The notes beneath the pieces were generated by a model, which saw nothing but the letters and a program-made list of their open reading frames with translations, had not been told where the DNA came from and made no database searches. A DNA stretch of 64,000 nucleotides from positions 36,474 through 100,473 of the forward strand of contig CANRIT010000002.1 in assembly GCA_947630745.1 (NCBI GenBank). Direction: 5' to 3'. Source of the DNA: an uncultured Clostridia bacterium (GTDB taxonomy: Bacteria; Bacillota; Clostridia; Christensenellales; UBA1242). Below are positions 1 to 9,954 of this stretch, piece by piece. How positions within the stretch are numbered: the first letter of the stretch is position 1; the number at the start of each line of letters is the position of its first letter. A program made the translations under genes and the position numbers.

Positions 1-26
1 TAAAAGCCAAACTAAGGCTGTATCAA

Positions 27-884
27 GTGGAAAAATTAAACCAATACTGCAAACTAGCTGTGTACCACAAGCAGCAAGTTTTTTCCGCAAACCTAATTTT
101 TAAAAACGGGGTGTATTTAAGTTCGCTGGTTGGCGACTGGGATATGGATGACGATTTTTACACCGCAATTGTTGACGCCGCAAACAATAATAATATTATC
201 ATTTCTGGCGGAAGTTATGCGGGCTACTTTTTTGAAGATAATGGCGTGTTTGGAGATGTTAAAAAGGGCGAAGATGATGTTGAAAAGGATGACGAATGCG
301 GTGAAGATTGCGACAAATGCGCCAATTGCAAGTATAAGGAATATTTTTATTCTAATCATAGCGAAGAGCAAAAATTGCAAGCCGTAGAAGACAAAGCCGA
401 CCAACCTATTTTAGATAAAAAACAAAGCGCGGCTGAAGATGAAATGGATTGCAATTTAAAATTGGATAATGCAAACGAAACAGAAATGAATGTTGATGCA
501 AACGAAATAAATAAACTAGATAGCGACAATAACACAGACGAAAATTTAAATAGCAAAATACCAACCATAATGGAAAGTTTGTTGCCGCAATTTGACTATA
601 TTTTTAAAAATTACGTGCAAAACGAAGAGCTTACCCACCTTATACCAAACAGCAAATTTGTTGCAATGGGAGAAAACGGCGACAACTATTCGCTTGGCGC
701 AATTTACGAAGACGACAAGATGAAATACATCTGTTATGCGGTTAGGTGCAATTACAACACCCCCGCGCCCGAAGAACTTGGCAAGTTTTATCAATGGCTG
801 CCAATAAACGCGCTTGACCCGCTTAGTGAGGGGTATTACATAGTTTATCAAGACGCAAACGATTTAAAAATAATAGAGGTGTAA
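27..884 (+). CDS. Hypothetical protein with acidic/Cys-rich middle region
   Basis: 285-aa ORF with GTG start; CEDCDKCANC cluster and D/E/N-rich linker; no family recognised. Confidence 0.7.
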   Translation: MEKLNQYCKLAVYHKQQVFSANLIFKNGVYLSSLVGDWDMDDDFYTAIVDAANNNNIIISGGSYAGYFFEDNGVFGDVKKGEDDVEKDDECGEDCDKCANCKYKEYFYSNHSEEQKLQAVEDKADQPILDKKQSAAEDEMDCNLKLDNANETEMNVDANEINKLDSDNNTDENLNSKIPTIMESLLPQFDYIFKNYVQNEELTHLIPNSKFVAMGENGDNYSLGAIYEDDKMKYICYAVRCNYNTPAPEELGKFYQWLPINALDPLSEGYYIVYQDANDLKIIEV

Positions 885-899
885 TTCACCCCTATTTTT

Positions 900-2051
900 C
901 TAGCCCCTTGTTTTAAGCATTTCAACCAGCTGCTCGGCATCATCCATTTCTTTTTGATATTCAAAATAACTTTTTTCTGCATAACTTAGGCTGTTTGCAA
1001 GTTTTTTGCCCACCGACACAATATCGTCAGTTATCTGCTTAGAAAATCTGTCTTTTGCAAAATAGTACAAGTCAAGCAGTGTTTGCCTATCGCATTCCAC
1101 CTGTTCAAACGCATTTTTGCCATTTGTAAGCTTTTGGAACAAGGTTAAATTTTTAACAATACACTCTTCCCACTGCTTGGCGCAATTTTCAAGCATCTTT
1201 GCGTTTGAAAGCATAAGCCAGCGATTATTGTAAAAGGTTAAAATGTCGCCCACATCAGCTGAAAAATATTCGCGCTGATTGTTAAAAATTTCTTTCATCT
1301 TGCTGTCCGCTTGCTGGCAAGTAAGCCCGCCACCAGTTTGCAAAATGTTATCTAGCAGCATGGCGGAGTTAATGTTTGAATACACATAGTTGTGCTTTTT
1401 GTAAAGGAAATCTGGCTTAATTAAACTTTCACAATTCCGCTTAAAAGTTGACAAATTGTTGTAATAATTAAGCTTTTCGTTATCGTCAATTGGGTTTTGC
1501 TGAGCAACAGAAAGCGAACTATCTATTATGTTAGATAAATCGCCCTTAAACTCAGCGTTTGGAATGCGGCTGTGCATAAGGTGATACATCATCCACGCCA
1601 TTCCGCCATAATTTATTGCACTTTGCAGATTTTTTATCTTATCTATCTGCACGTTTAAATCTCTGTTTGTTTTGCCAAATTGAGTGACTAAATTTGCCTC
1701 CGCCTCATCAAGACGGGAAGCGATTGATGATAAATTTTGCCAGCCTTCAAACTTTTGCGGCAAGTTGTTTATTTTATCCAAAACGTAATCCTTATTGAAA
1801 GCGGCAAGGGTTTGCCAGTAGAAATCAACTGCAAGTTTTGCGTATGACTTAATTCTGTTCCAGTCAAAAAACTCACGCGATTTATGCTCCGCCTTTTTTA
1901 TGTGCCTATCAAACAAATCAAAATCAACATTTGCAGTCAACAATTTTTCTGCTTGCGGATTTAAATTGAAATCTGCGGGCAATTCGCTCCACGTCTTTGG
2001 CAAAACATAGTTGTTGTCATCATCAAAATAACCACTCGCCCAATAAGACAT
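900..2051 (-). CDS. Hypothetical protein (about 383 aa)
   Basis: Long ORF; start moved to ATG at 2051 (MSYWASG) behind a GGAGGTG RBS. Confidence 0.75.
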   Translation of the reverse strand: MSYWASGYFDDDNNYVLPKTWSELPADFNLNPQAEKLLTANVDFDLFDRHIKKAEHKSREFFDWNRIKSYAKLAVDFYWQTLAAFNKDYVLDKINNLPQKFEGWQNLSSIASRLDEAEANLVTQFGKTNRDLNVQIDKIKNLQSAINYGGMAWMMYHLMHSRIPNAEFKGDLSNIIDSSLSVAQQNPIDDNEKLNYYNNLSTFKRNCESLIKPDFLYKKHNYVYSNINSAMLLDNILQTGGGLTCQQADSKMKEIFNNQREYFSADVGDILTFYNNRWLMLSNAKMLENCAKQWEECIVKNLTLFQKLTNGKNAFEQVECDRQTLLDLYYFAKDRFSKQITDDIVSVGKKLANSLSYAEKSYFEYQKEMDDAEQLVEMLKTRG

Positions 2052-2159
2052 TTCCACCTCCAAACAAGATAAAGGCCTGCAAAACTTGTCGAAACTAATC
2101 AATTTTATTATAGCACACATTTAAAATAAATCAACATATTTTTGCAAGTTTTATAAATT

Positions 2160-3266
2160 TTAATTTTTAACCTTTGTTGCGGGCAAATTGTCTTGAATTA
2201 AACTGTCAATTCTGCCGCCACCAACGCACATTCCATCCGCCATATAAAGCACGGCAAACTGTCCAACTGTTACCGCGCGCTGCTTTTGTTTAAAGGTTAT
2301 GGTTAAATTTGTGCCGTCAACCTTGACATGGCAAGCCTGGTCGGGCTGGCGGTATCTAAGTTTTACAAAACAATCAAATTCGCCCGTAAGCGTGTCGGTT
2401 ATAAAATTGAAATTCACCACCTTGCAGCCAGTTGAAAACATTTCTTCACACTCGCCACAATTTACATATAAGGTGTTGGTTTTTATATCTTTTTTAACCA
2501 CAAACCAGCGGTCGTCATCATAGCCGTTTTTACCACCAATGTTAAGCCCGCGCCGCTGCCCAATTGTGTAGTACATAACGCCACTATGCTCGCCCACCAC
2601 ATTATTAGACAAATCTTTAATAAGCCCCCTTTGTGCGGGCAAATAGTTTTTTAAAAATTGCCTAAAATTGCGCTCACCAATAAAACAGATGCCCGTGCTG
2701 TCCTTTTTGTCCGCGGTAACCAGCCCAAGTTCAGCCGCAATCCGCCTAACCTCAGTTTTGTCGATGTCGGCAAGCGGAAAAAGCGTGTATTTAAGTTGCT
2801 CTTGACTAAGCTGATTTAAAAAATATGTTTGGTCTTTGTTTTGGTCGTGCGATTTGTACAAATACACCTTGCCATCTTTATCCACCCGCTTGCAATAATG
2901 CCCGGTGGCAATATAGTCCGCGCCCAACTCCAACGCATGGCGCAAAAATGGACCAAATTTAATCTCTTTATTGCACATAACATCTGGGTTTGGAGTGTAT
3001 CCGCGCGCATATTCGTCCAAAAAATAACTGAAAACTTGCTGCTTGTACTCTTTTGCATAATTGACGGTGTAATATGGGATGTTCAACTTGTTTGCCACCC
3101 GTTTTACATCTTCAAAATCCTGCTCGGCTGTGCAGTTGCCGTTTTCATCATTCTCTTCCCAATTAAGCATAAAAAGGCCGATGACATTATACCCTTGTTT
3201 TTTCAACAAGTACGCCGCCACCGAACTGTCCACACCGCCGCTTAATCCAACCACAACCGTTTGCAT
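2160..3266 (-). CDS. mnmA: tRNA-specific 2-thiouridylase MnmA
   Basis: SGGVDS PP-loop, NPDVMCN, ATGHY, KDQTYFL, KKDSTGICFIGE, YTIGQRRG; start at MQTVVVG after GGAG RBS. Confidence 0.97.
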   Translation of the reverse strand: MQTVVVGLSGGVDSSVAAYLLKKQGYNVIGLFMLNWEENDENGNCTAEQDFEDVKRVANKLNIPYYTVNYAKEYKQQVFSYFLDEYARGYTPNPDVMCNKEIKFGPFLRHALELGADYIATGHYCKRVDKDGKVYLYKSHDQNKDQTYFLNQLSQEQLKYTLFPLADIDKTEVRRIAAELGLVTADKKDSTGICFIGERNFRQFLKNYLPAQRGLIKDLSNNVVGEHSGVMYYTIGQRRGLNIGGKNGYDDDRWFVVKKDIKTNTLYVNCGECEEMFSTGCKVVNFNFITDTLTGEFDCFVKLRYRQPDQACHVKVDGTNLTITFKQKQRAVTVGQFAVLYMADGMCVGGGRIDSLIQDNLPATKVKN

Positions 3267-3351
3267 TTTCTCTCCTTTTTCTTTTTGTTTTAATAGCAAA
3301 TTATTTAATAATGAAAATATAAGTTAATTATCTTTAAAATTTATCCTTACC

Positions 3352-3583
3352 ACCCGCTTGCCTTACCCTTATACTAAGCCATAGTTTAATTAAAGTACAT
3401 TATCAATTTCTGATAAAAGTTTTATGCGTGAATGCGTATTTCCTTATAACACCCGCTTGCCTTACCCTAGAACCTAGAGTGCAGTTTGATTAAACTATGT
3501 TAGCAATTGAGGATAAAAGTGTTATGCGTGAACGACTATTCAAATTTGTCCTTTAACTACCCGCTTGCCTTACCCTAGAACCT
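3352..3583. repeat. Three degenerate tandem units of about 100 bp
   Basis: ACCCGCTTGCCTTACCCT at 3352, 3451 and 3559; GATAAAAGT-x-TTATGCGTGAA in the first two units. Confidence 0.85.
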
Positions 3584-3772
3584 AGAGCGACATTTGATTG
3601 GGTTATTGTGACTTTGTGCGTTGGGTGTTGTGCACTCACGACTTTGCGTAGCACCTAAGTGAGTGTGCAATTCCCAACACACACCTAAACAAACCCCAAC
3701 TAACAAGCGATTCTTTAGAGAGCCAGCAACCCATTGCAGCCCACTCGTAACTAATTTAACTAACAAGCGATT
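3584..3772 (-). repeat. 189-bp structured repeat, copy A (inverted relative to 4815-5003)
   Basis: Near-identical reverse complement of 4815-5003 except for a variable block of about 25 bp; begins 1 nt after the stop of the 3774..4247 gene. Confidence 0.9.
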
Positions 3773-3773
3773 C

Positions 3774-4247
3774 TTATGGAAGGCTCACAGGAATGCGCAA
3801 TTTATTAAAGCACACCTTAGCAATATCTATTATCCACATAACCAGCACCGCGCCCCACACCAGCACAAGCAGATAAAACACTTGCATAAGGTCGCTTGTT
3901 GGTGAAATTTTAAAAAACGCGCTTAACACTGCATTTATTATGCCCACCAAACAAAACGCTGAATAAAAAATCCCCATTTTGTATCGCCCAACATAGTATA
4001 GATGCCCGCCGCACCAGCCCAAAAATATGGTGATAAGCAAAAGTTTAACCTTGTTTACATCGCTTGGAAGGCCTTTTTTAAGCAGCACCTTGTCTTTTTC
4101 GCCCTCGCGTATGGCTTGCTTGGCGTAAAAATTGGTTGCCGTTTCAAACTTGGCGTAGTTAAGTTTGCAGTTTGGGCAAACCCCCGCCGCCTTGTTAACT
4201 TTAAAGTTGCACCTTGGGCAACGCTTGTTTTCAAAAATCATATACAT
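3774..4247 (-). CDS. Zinc-ribbon plus TM2-domain membrane protein
   Basis: CPRC...CPNC at N-terminus; LLITIFLGWCGGHLYYVGRYKMG TM2-like motif; further hydrophobic helices. Confidence 0.8.
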   Translation of the reverse strand: MYMIFENKRCPRCNFKVNKAAGVCPNCKLNYAKFETATNFYAKQAIREGEKDKVLLKKGLPSDVNKVKLLLITIFLGWCGGHLYYVGRYKMGIFYSAFCLVGIINAVLSAFFKISPTSDLMQVFYLLVLVWGAVLVMWIIDIAKVCFNKLRIPVSLP

Positions 4248-4391
4248 ATTATAACAAATTTTTTGCGTTTTGTATATGGTTTTTTCAAATTAATTAAAAT
4301 TTTATTTCATTTTATTAATTTTTGTTTTTTGCGCAATTTTGTTAGGTTTTTTTTAATTTTTTAGTTAAAATAATAAAAAATAGGAGAAATT

Positions 4392-4814
4392 ATGTTGATT
4401 TTAACTTGTGACCATGCGGGGTACGATTACACTCACCGCCTTATGGAATATTTTAAAAAGCGCAAAATTGAGTTTAAATATTTGGGACCAAAAGAGTTTA
4501 ATGCGGAAGATGATTACCCGGATTTTGTTCACCCCGCCGCCAAAGAAGTGCTTAAAGACAAAGACAACGCAGGCATATTTATATGTGGCTCAGGCACGGG
4601 GGCAAACATTGTCGCCAACCGATATAAAGGCATACGCGCGGTTTGCGCTTCCGACACGGCAGAAGCATTTTTGGCACGCAAGGACGAAGATGCCAATGTG
4701 CTGACCATGGGCAGCCGCCTTATATCCTTCCCCATGACACTAAAAATTATCAAAGTCTTTTTAACCAGCCCATTTGAAGGCGGAAGACATATAAGGCGAA
4801 TCAACAAATATTAA
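4392..4814 (+). CDS. rpiB: Ribose-5-phosphate isomerase B (RpiB/LacAB family)
   Basis: CDHAGY, DDYPD, GIFICGSGTG, ANRYKGIRA, DANVLTMGSR, FEGGRHIRR. Confidence 0.95.
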   Translation: MLILTCDHAGYDYTHRLMEYFKKRKIEFKYLGPKEFNAEDDYPDFVHPAAKEVLKDKDNAGIFICGSGTGANIVANRYKGIRAVCASDTAEAFLARKDEDANVLTMGSRLISFPMTLKIIKVFLTSPFEGGRHIRRINKY

Positions 4815-5003
4815 AATCGCTTGTTAGTTAAATTAGTTACGGGTGAGGACAAAAGTATTATGCGCTCACTAAAGAATCGCTTGTTAGTTGGGGTTTGTTT
4901 AGGTGTGTGTTGGGAATTGCACACTCACTTTGGTGCTTCGCAAAGTCGTGAGTGTACAACACCCAACGCACAAAGTCACAATAACCCAATCAAATGCCGC
5001 TCT
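4815..5003 (+). repeat. 189-bp structured repeat, copy B
   Basis: Starts at the base after the rpiB TAA; long hairpin GTGTGTTGGG...CCCAACGCAC with a GC-TTCG-C apical loop. Confidence 0.9.
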
Positions 5004-5190
5004 TGGGGTGCGGGCTAGATAAGTAAGTCTTATAAGGAAAGATTGAAAAGGTCGTTCACCCGCAATCCATTGCATCCCAACGGCTAGCGTACTTTAATCA
5101 AAGGCCGCTCCAGGGGTGCGGGTCGAACGATTGAGTATAATAAGGATAAATTTAAATTATACACATAATACTTTTGTTAAACATTTATTC

Positions 5191-5222
5191 AAAAAACCGC
5201 ACATGATTTAGTGCGGTTTTTT
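5191..5222. terminator. Bidirectional intrinsic terminator-like hairpin
   Basis: AAAAAACCGCAC-atgattta-GTGCGGTTTTTT. Confidence 0.75.
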
Positions 5223-5296
5223 AATAGGTCGCAGTTAGACAAGTATAATTAGAAACAAACGATAATAAGCTCGTTTAAATTATATTCAAACTATTT

Positions 5297-5424
5297 AATC
5301 AGGCGGGAGAAACAAGTGAGGCAAGGCTCGGAAGGTACTACAAGGTAGGAGTTTAGTCTGCCTAAATGACTGCCTTGGAGTGCCTTACAGAAACGCAGCA
5401 TCGCGCCGTTTATACCGCCTGATT
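5297..5424 (+). ncRNA. Candidate structured ncRNA (long interrupted hairpin; 6S-like shape, unproven)
   Basis: Nested helices 5297-5306/5415-5424, 5316-5323/5381-5388, 5341-5348/5370-5377 and 5351-5356/5362-5367; G-U pairs work only on the + strand; TATAAT at 5244. Confidence 0.4.
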
Positions 5425-6317
5425 TAAAAGTGTGGGGTGTAACAGCTGTTGGCACTAGTTAGTTCTTGGGTGTAACTATTATTTAAGCCTAGTTTTAGGG
5501 CGTAAGAAACTACGCGCTTATATTCTAGCGGAGTGAGGGTGCGGTTGATTTCTGGGTACAATTTGGCGTTGTGCACGGGATTATACTGGCTCATAATGCT
5601 TACAATGCTTTTGTTGTCTATGCTGGCAATAAATTTTAGGCAATTTATGCTGTCGTCAGTGTGGGTTGGCAGCACAAGGTGGCGGATAATCACCCCTTTT
5701 GTTAGCACGCCGTCCACCACAATATCTTTTGGCTGTTGGCATTTCATTTCGCGGATAGTGGCTTTTGCGTTTTCCACATAATTTGGCGCGGCACTATACT
5801 TTGCGGCAAGGCGGTTGTCGGCATATTTAAGGTCCACCAAAAACACATCCACCAAACCTGCAAGCATTTTTATTGTATCCACACTTTCATATCCGCTGCT
5901 GTTCCACACAACTGGGATGGGCGGCTTGTAAATTTTAAGCGCATCAATTATCTGCAAACTGAAATGTGTTGGGGTAACCAAATTTATGTTTGCCGCCCCG
6001 CGTTTTACCAATTTTTTAAAAATTTTAACAAGACCTTTTGTGCTTATCGCCCTTCCGCGTTTAATTTGGCTGATTTTATAATTTTGACAGAAAACACAGC
6101 GCATATTGCAGCCAGCAAAAAATATCGCCCCACTACCCGCGCGGGTGCTTATAACTGGCTCTTCAAACTGGTGAAGCATAACCTTGCTTATGTGGATTTT
6201 GTTGTTTTGGCGGCAAAACCCCTTCTTTTTTGCACGCACTACCCCACACATGCGCGGACAAATGTTGCAAACTTGGCTTGCTAATAAATTCTTATTATGC
6301 ATTTTTGATAAATTCAT
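5424..6317 (-). CDS. Radical SAM protein, PflX / PFL-activating-enzyme-like family
   Basis: N-terminal CNICPRMCGVVR, GAIFFAGCNMRCVFCQN (CxxxCxxC), NINLVTPTHF, GVIIRHLVLP, MSQYNP. Confidence 0.9.
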   Translation of the reverse strand: MNLSKMHNKNLLASQVCNICPRMCGVVRAKKKGFCRQNNKIHISKVMLHQFEEPVISTRAGSGAIFFAGCNMRCVFCQNYKISQIKRGRAISTKGLVKIFKKLVKRGAANINLVTPTHFSLQIIDALKIYKPPIPVVWNSSGYESVDTIKMLAGLVDVFLVDLKYADNRLAAKYSAAPNYVENAKATIREMKCQQPKDIVVDGVLTKGVIIRHLVLPTHTDDSINCLKFIASIDNKSIVSIMSQYNPVHNAKLYPEINRTLTPLEYKRVVSYALKLGLNNSYTQELTSANSCYTPHF

Positions 6318-6404
6318 ACAAAAAGTTTAACTTTTCGCGTGTTTTTTGTCAACAAAATGTTCTAACCCCGCGGCAATTTCAATAAATTAGTAGTGAGGTA
6401 TGAT

Positions 6405-7091
6405 ATGAATAAGAAAATTTTAGCACTTGGCATGCTTGGGCTTGGACTTGTTGGCTTAACCGCTTGCGGCAAACAGACAAACATCAATTTGGATAATCTG
6501 GTTATTGAGCAACGAGAAAACCTTTTTGTTGCACAGGACAGCCTTTATCAAGTAAGTTATTCGGGCGGCATGCGTGAACAAGATTACGCTTTTGATGGCG
6601 TTAAAACCGAAATGGTCCCTTTTGGGATTGTAACCTTTAACCGACTGAATTTTGAGCCGCTTGCTGAAGACAGCTATAACTATGTGGTCAATATTGATGG
6701 GGTGGAATACACTGGCACGCTTGAAAATGACCAAATTGAAAACAGTTATTCAATTGACCTTGGAGTTAATGCCCTAAATACATCCACAATTAATGTTAAA
6801 ATTGATTTTACTGGGTATAGTTTTAATCAAGAACTAAGCAATGTTTCAAGCGAATTTGCGGTTGACCAAGCGTCTGCGCTTAAAATTGCAAACAACGAGC
6901 TGTCTTCCCAACTTAAAAACATTGTTACCGACAGCAACAAGGTTGAAGTTGTGCAAAAAATTGTGCGCGACTATGCCACGCCAGAAGTTAGCAACTATTA
7001 TTGGTATGTGGGTGCAGTAAGCACAAATGGCGAAACGCTTGGTGTGCTTATTGATGCCAACTCGGGCGAAATACTTGCAAAAAAAGTTTAA
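6405..7091 (+). CDS. Putative lipoprotein with C-terminal PepSY-like motif
   Basis: Signal peptide MNKKILALGMLGLGLVGLTAC (lipobox LTAC); C-terminal YYW...LIDANSGEIL. Confidence 0.75.
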   Translation: MNKKILALGMLGLGLVGLTACGKQTNINLDNLVIEQRENLFVAQDSLYQVSYSGGMREQDYAFDGVKTEMVPFGIVTFNRLNFEPLAEDSYNYVVNIDGVEYTGTLENDQIENSYSIDLGVNALNTSTINVKIDFTGYSFNQELSNVSSEFAVDQASALKIANNELSSQLKNIVTDSNKVEVVQKIVRDYATPEVSNYYWYVGAVSTNGETLGVLIDANSGEILAKKV

Positions 7092-7135
7092 GGGCATTGC
7101 CCTTTTTTTTATGCCCCTGCCCCCTACCAGTATAT

Positions 7136-7576
7136 TTAATCTATTGATATGGTTTTTATTAATTCCTTTTTAGAATCCATCAAGTTGTATAAATCCAAAA
7201 ATGCGGACTGGCTGTTTAACAGATAGTCAGTTGCTTGATTTACGAAATTAATGCCGTCATATCGCACAAATTTTACATTACATGGTGCAATTTCAAGTTT
7301 AAGGCCCAACACGCTTATCACCGCCTGCCCCATTACGGACGAATAGAAGTTTAAAAAGTGCGTGTTTGTGTTCACCTTGCAATTTATGCCAAGCGCGGAA
7401 AACAATTTTGTTGTGCATTGCTGTTTAACAAAATTTTTTACATCGCAAGTCTGCTCTTTTGTGCTGTTAAAAAAATGGTTTAGCTTGTAAACCATTTCCG
7501 AATCATTTGTTTCAATTTGTTGATTTACATTTACATTCATAATTGCAATTATATTTCTTTTTTGTACAAAAGTCAA
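7136..7576 (-). CDS. Hypothetical protein
   Basis: 146-aa ORF; start uncertain; no motif recognised. Confidence 0.5.
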   Translation of the reverse strand: MTFVQKRNIIAIMNVNVNQQIETNDSEMVYKLNHFFNSTKEQTCDVKNFVKQQCTTKLFSALGINCKVNTNTHFLNFYSSVMGQAVISVLGLKLEIAPCNVKFVRYDGINFVNQATDYLLNSQSAFLDLYNLMDSKKELIKTISID

Positions 7577-7670
7577 ACATTTTTTACAAAATATTTAAAA
7601 TTTTTACAAATTTACATATTTTTCGCTTTTTTAAGCATTTTTGCAACAATTTACACGCAAAATCGACAAA

Positions 7671-8009
7671 TTAGATGCTTGAAACATTTTTAAGTTCGTG
7701 TTCGCGTTCGTAACGCAGTTTGTATTCTTTGTACTTTTCGCTTAAATCGGATATGTATTTTTGTCTGCCTTCAATGGATAGGCTGTTGTAATATTTGTGA
7801 TCCATAAGTTCCTTTATTGGATTGATAATAATTTGGTCGCTATCAAGCATTTTGCAAACGCGCTCGTACAACTCTTGCTCTTTTGCGCTGAAACACATTT
7901 TTGCATAAGGCACTTGTTCAAAAATGCTGCGCTCCTTATTAAAATTTCTCATGCGTGATTTGGCATCGCGTGCCAAAAAATAAAGTTTACCCTTAACCTT
8001 TTTTCTCAT
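7671..8009 (-). CDS. Hypothetical basic protein
   Basis: 112-aa ORF with AAGGGG RBS before the ATG. Confidence 0.7.
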   Translation of the reverse strand: MRKKVKGKLYFLARDAKSRMRNFNKERSIFEQVPYAKMCFSAKEQELYERVCKMLDSDQIIINPIKELMDHKYYNSLSIEGRQKYISDLSEKYKEYKLRYEREHELKNVSSI

Positions 8010-8164
8010 AATACCCCCTTTGGTAATATTAAGGATACAACCAATTGCTCATGCCACAAAACAAATTCAACAAAATATTTTGCCAACATTTGTCTTATAT
8101 TGTAGAAAAATAAAATATGTTTAAACTTATATTAATATATAAAAAAATCACTTTGATAAGTGAT

Positions 8165-8611
8165 TTAATTTTGTTCAAATTTTGTGCCACATTTGTAGCA
8201 AAACTGGGCATCTCCGCTGTTTAAGGTTTTGCAGTTTGGGCATTTTTTCATGCCATGGCCAAGTTGTTGTTTTGCCCCGCAATGTTCGCAATACTCTGCC
8301 CCCTTAGGGATAACTCTGCCGCACTTTTCACAAAGGTTTTTGTTTGCCGTGCCGATTGATTTGTTGCCATCTCGCACACTTTTCCAGCTGTTGATTAGGC
8401 TAAACGAAAACACAAACATAAAAATGCCAAACAAAGCAAGCAGCCCGCCCACAATAAAGGCAACCACCGCAATAACATATTTTGCCCAGTGCGCCATTTT
8501 TAATATTGCGTACACTCCGCCAAAAATTGCGCCGCCGCCCAATACCACAAGCAAAAGCGAAATTATAACAAACAGCAATTTTCCATAGCGTTTTTCTTTA
8601 TAACCAAACAT
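8165..8611 (-). CDS. Membrane protein with double zinc ribbon
   Basis: Two TM helices, then CEKC..CEHC..CPNC..CYKC; GGAGG RBS before MFGYKE. Confidence 0.8.
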   Translation of the reverse strand: MFGYKEKRYGKLLFVIISLLLVVLGGGAIFGGVYAILKMAHWAKYVIAVVAFIVGGLLALFGIFMFVFSFSLINSWKSVRDGNKSIGTANKNLCEKCGRVIPKGAEYCEHCGAKQQLGHGMKKCPNCKTLNSGDAQFCYKCGTKFEQN

Positions 8612-8637
8612 ATTTCCTCCGTTAAAAGCAATTGTTT

Positions 8638-9753
8638 TTACAACTTTTCGCCACAATCTGGGCAGAATTTAACATTTTTGCCAACCGCCTTGCCGCATTT
8701 TGGACAGATTTTATCCACATTAAGTTTTGCCCCGCAATTGCCACAGAATTTTGCGCCTTTTGTGATTGGTTCGCCACATTTTGGGCAAGAAAGTGCTTGC
8801 ACCGCCCCACATTCTGGGCAGAATTTTGCCTTGCCCGGAATGGTCGCACCGCATTTAACGCACTGAACGGTCACTTGTTTTTGTGAGTTTTTTGCATTTG
8901 CCACGCTATCGGCAAACACTCCGCCCATATGCGCGCCCGCGCCAAGCCCAATGCCCAGCCCAGCCATGTTGCTGCCGTTTGGATTTTTGGCTGCTTCTTC
9001 AATTGCGTTTGCGGTTTTATATTGGGTGTAAGTACCCATTTTGTCTTGAATAACGCCCATTTTTGTGCGCTCGTCAAGCATCTTTTCAACATCTTCTGGA
9101 AGTGACAAATTTTCTATTACAAAATTGGAAAGTTCAAGCCCAAACGCGCCAAATTCTTCCGCACTGCGTTTGATAACCATGTTGCTAATCTCTTTGTAGT
9201 TCGCTGCCAAATCAAGTGCGGAAAGTTTGCTTTCGCCAATAACATCGGTTAAAAGTTGCACAATGCTTGATTTGTATTGCGTTTCAACATCCCCCACGCG
9301 GTAAATTGAATTTGTGCCAAAACATTCACGCATAAACTTGGTTGGGTCGCTAACCTTAATTGCGTATGTGCCGTATCCGCGCAAGCGAATGTTGCCAAAA
9401 TCCACATCGCGCATCATAATTGGGTTTTGCGTGCCCCATTTAAGCCCCATAAAACGCTTTGTGTTGATAAAGTACACTTCCGCTTTAATGCGGCTGTTGC
9501 CCAAGGTGGACAGGCTTAACATTTTGGTTAAAAACGGAATGTTTTCGGTTGACAACTTGTATGTGCCCGGACCAAACACATCAGCAATTTCCCCTTTGTG
9601 GATAAACATTGCCACCTGGCTTTCCCTAACCACCAAAGTGGAACTGTTCATAATCTCGTCCCTATCGGTGAGCGGATAGCGGTAGACGATAATGTCTTTG
9701 CTTATATCCCTCCATTCAATAACTGATAAAAATTGACTTTTAAAAAACCCCAC
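8638..9753 (-). CDS. SPFH/band-7 domain protein with C-terminal zinc ribbons (YdjI-like)
   Basis: LVVRESQVAMF, FGPGTYKLST, KWGTQNPI, GAGMG-type linker, repeated CPKCG / KFCPECG. Confidence 0.88.
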   Translation of the reverse strand: MGFFKSQFLSVIEWRDISKDIIVYRYPLTDRDEIMNSSTLVVRESQVAMFIHKGEIADVFGPGTYKLSTENIPFLTKMLSLSTLGNSRIKAEVYFINTKRFMGLKWGTQNPIMMRDVDFGNIRLRGYGTYAIKVSDPTKFMRECFGTNSIYRVGDVETQYKSSIVQLLTDVIGESKLSALDLAANYKEISNMVIKRSAEEFGAFGLELSNFVIENLSLPEDVEKMLDERTKMGVIQDKMGTYTQYKTANAIEEAAKNPNGSNMAGLGIGLGAGAHMGGVFADSVANAKNSQKQVTVQCVKCGATIPGKAKFCPECGAVQALSCPKCGEPITKGAKFCGNCGAKLNVDKICPKCGKAVGKNVKFCPDCGEKL

Positions 9754-9954
9754 TTTAAACTCCTTTTAATATGAAATTGTATCTAAGTTTGCCATCCGCC
9801 GTTGAGCGGGCTTAACCAGAACATAATTTCATTTATTAAATCGTAAATATTTTACCATATACAAAAAAATTTTGCAACTAAAACGCCGCAAAATATTTTA
9901 TATTGTCCTATTAAATTTTTTGTTTAATTTTTATTAGATTTTAAAAATTTGTTG

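Noticed and set aside
3575-3766. Near-identical 63-65-aa ORFs at 3575..3766 (-) and 4821..5018 (+)
   Set aside because: They are translations of the 189-bp repeat copies; no RBS, TTG starts, and the sequence is better explained as RNA/DNA structure
5297-5424. SRP RNA or RNase P RNA identity for the structured segment
   Set aside because: Lacks the SRP domain IV CAGG-GNRA-AGCAG arrangement and the RNase P GAGGAAAGUCC element; too short for RNase P
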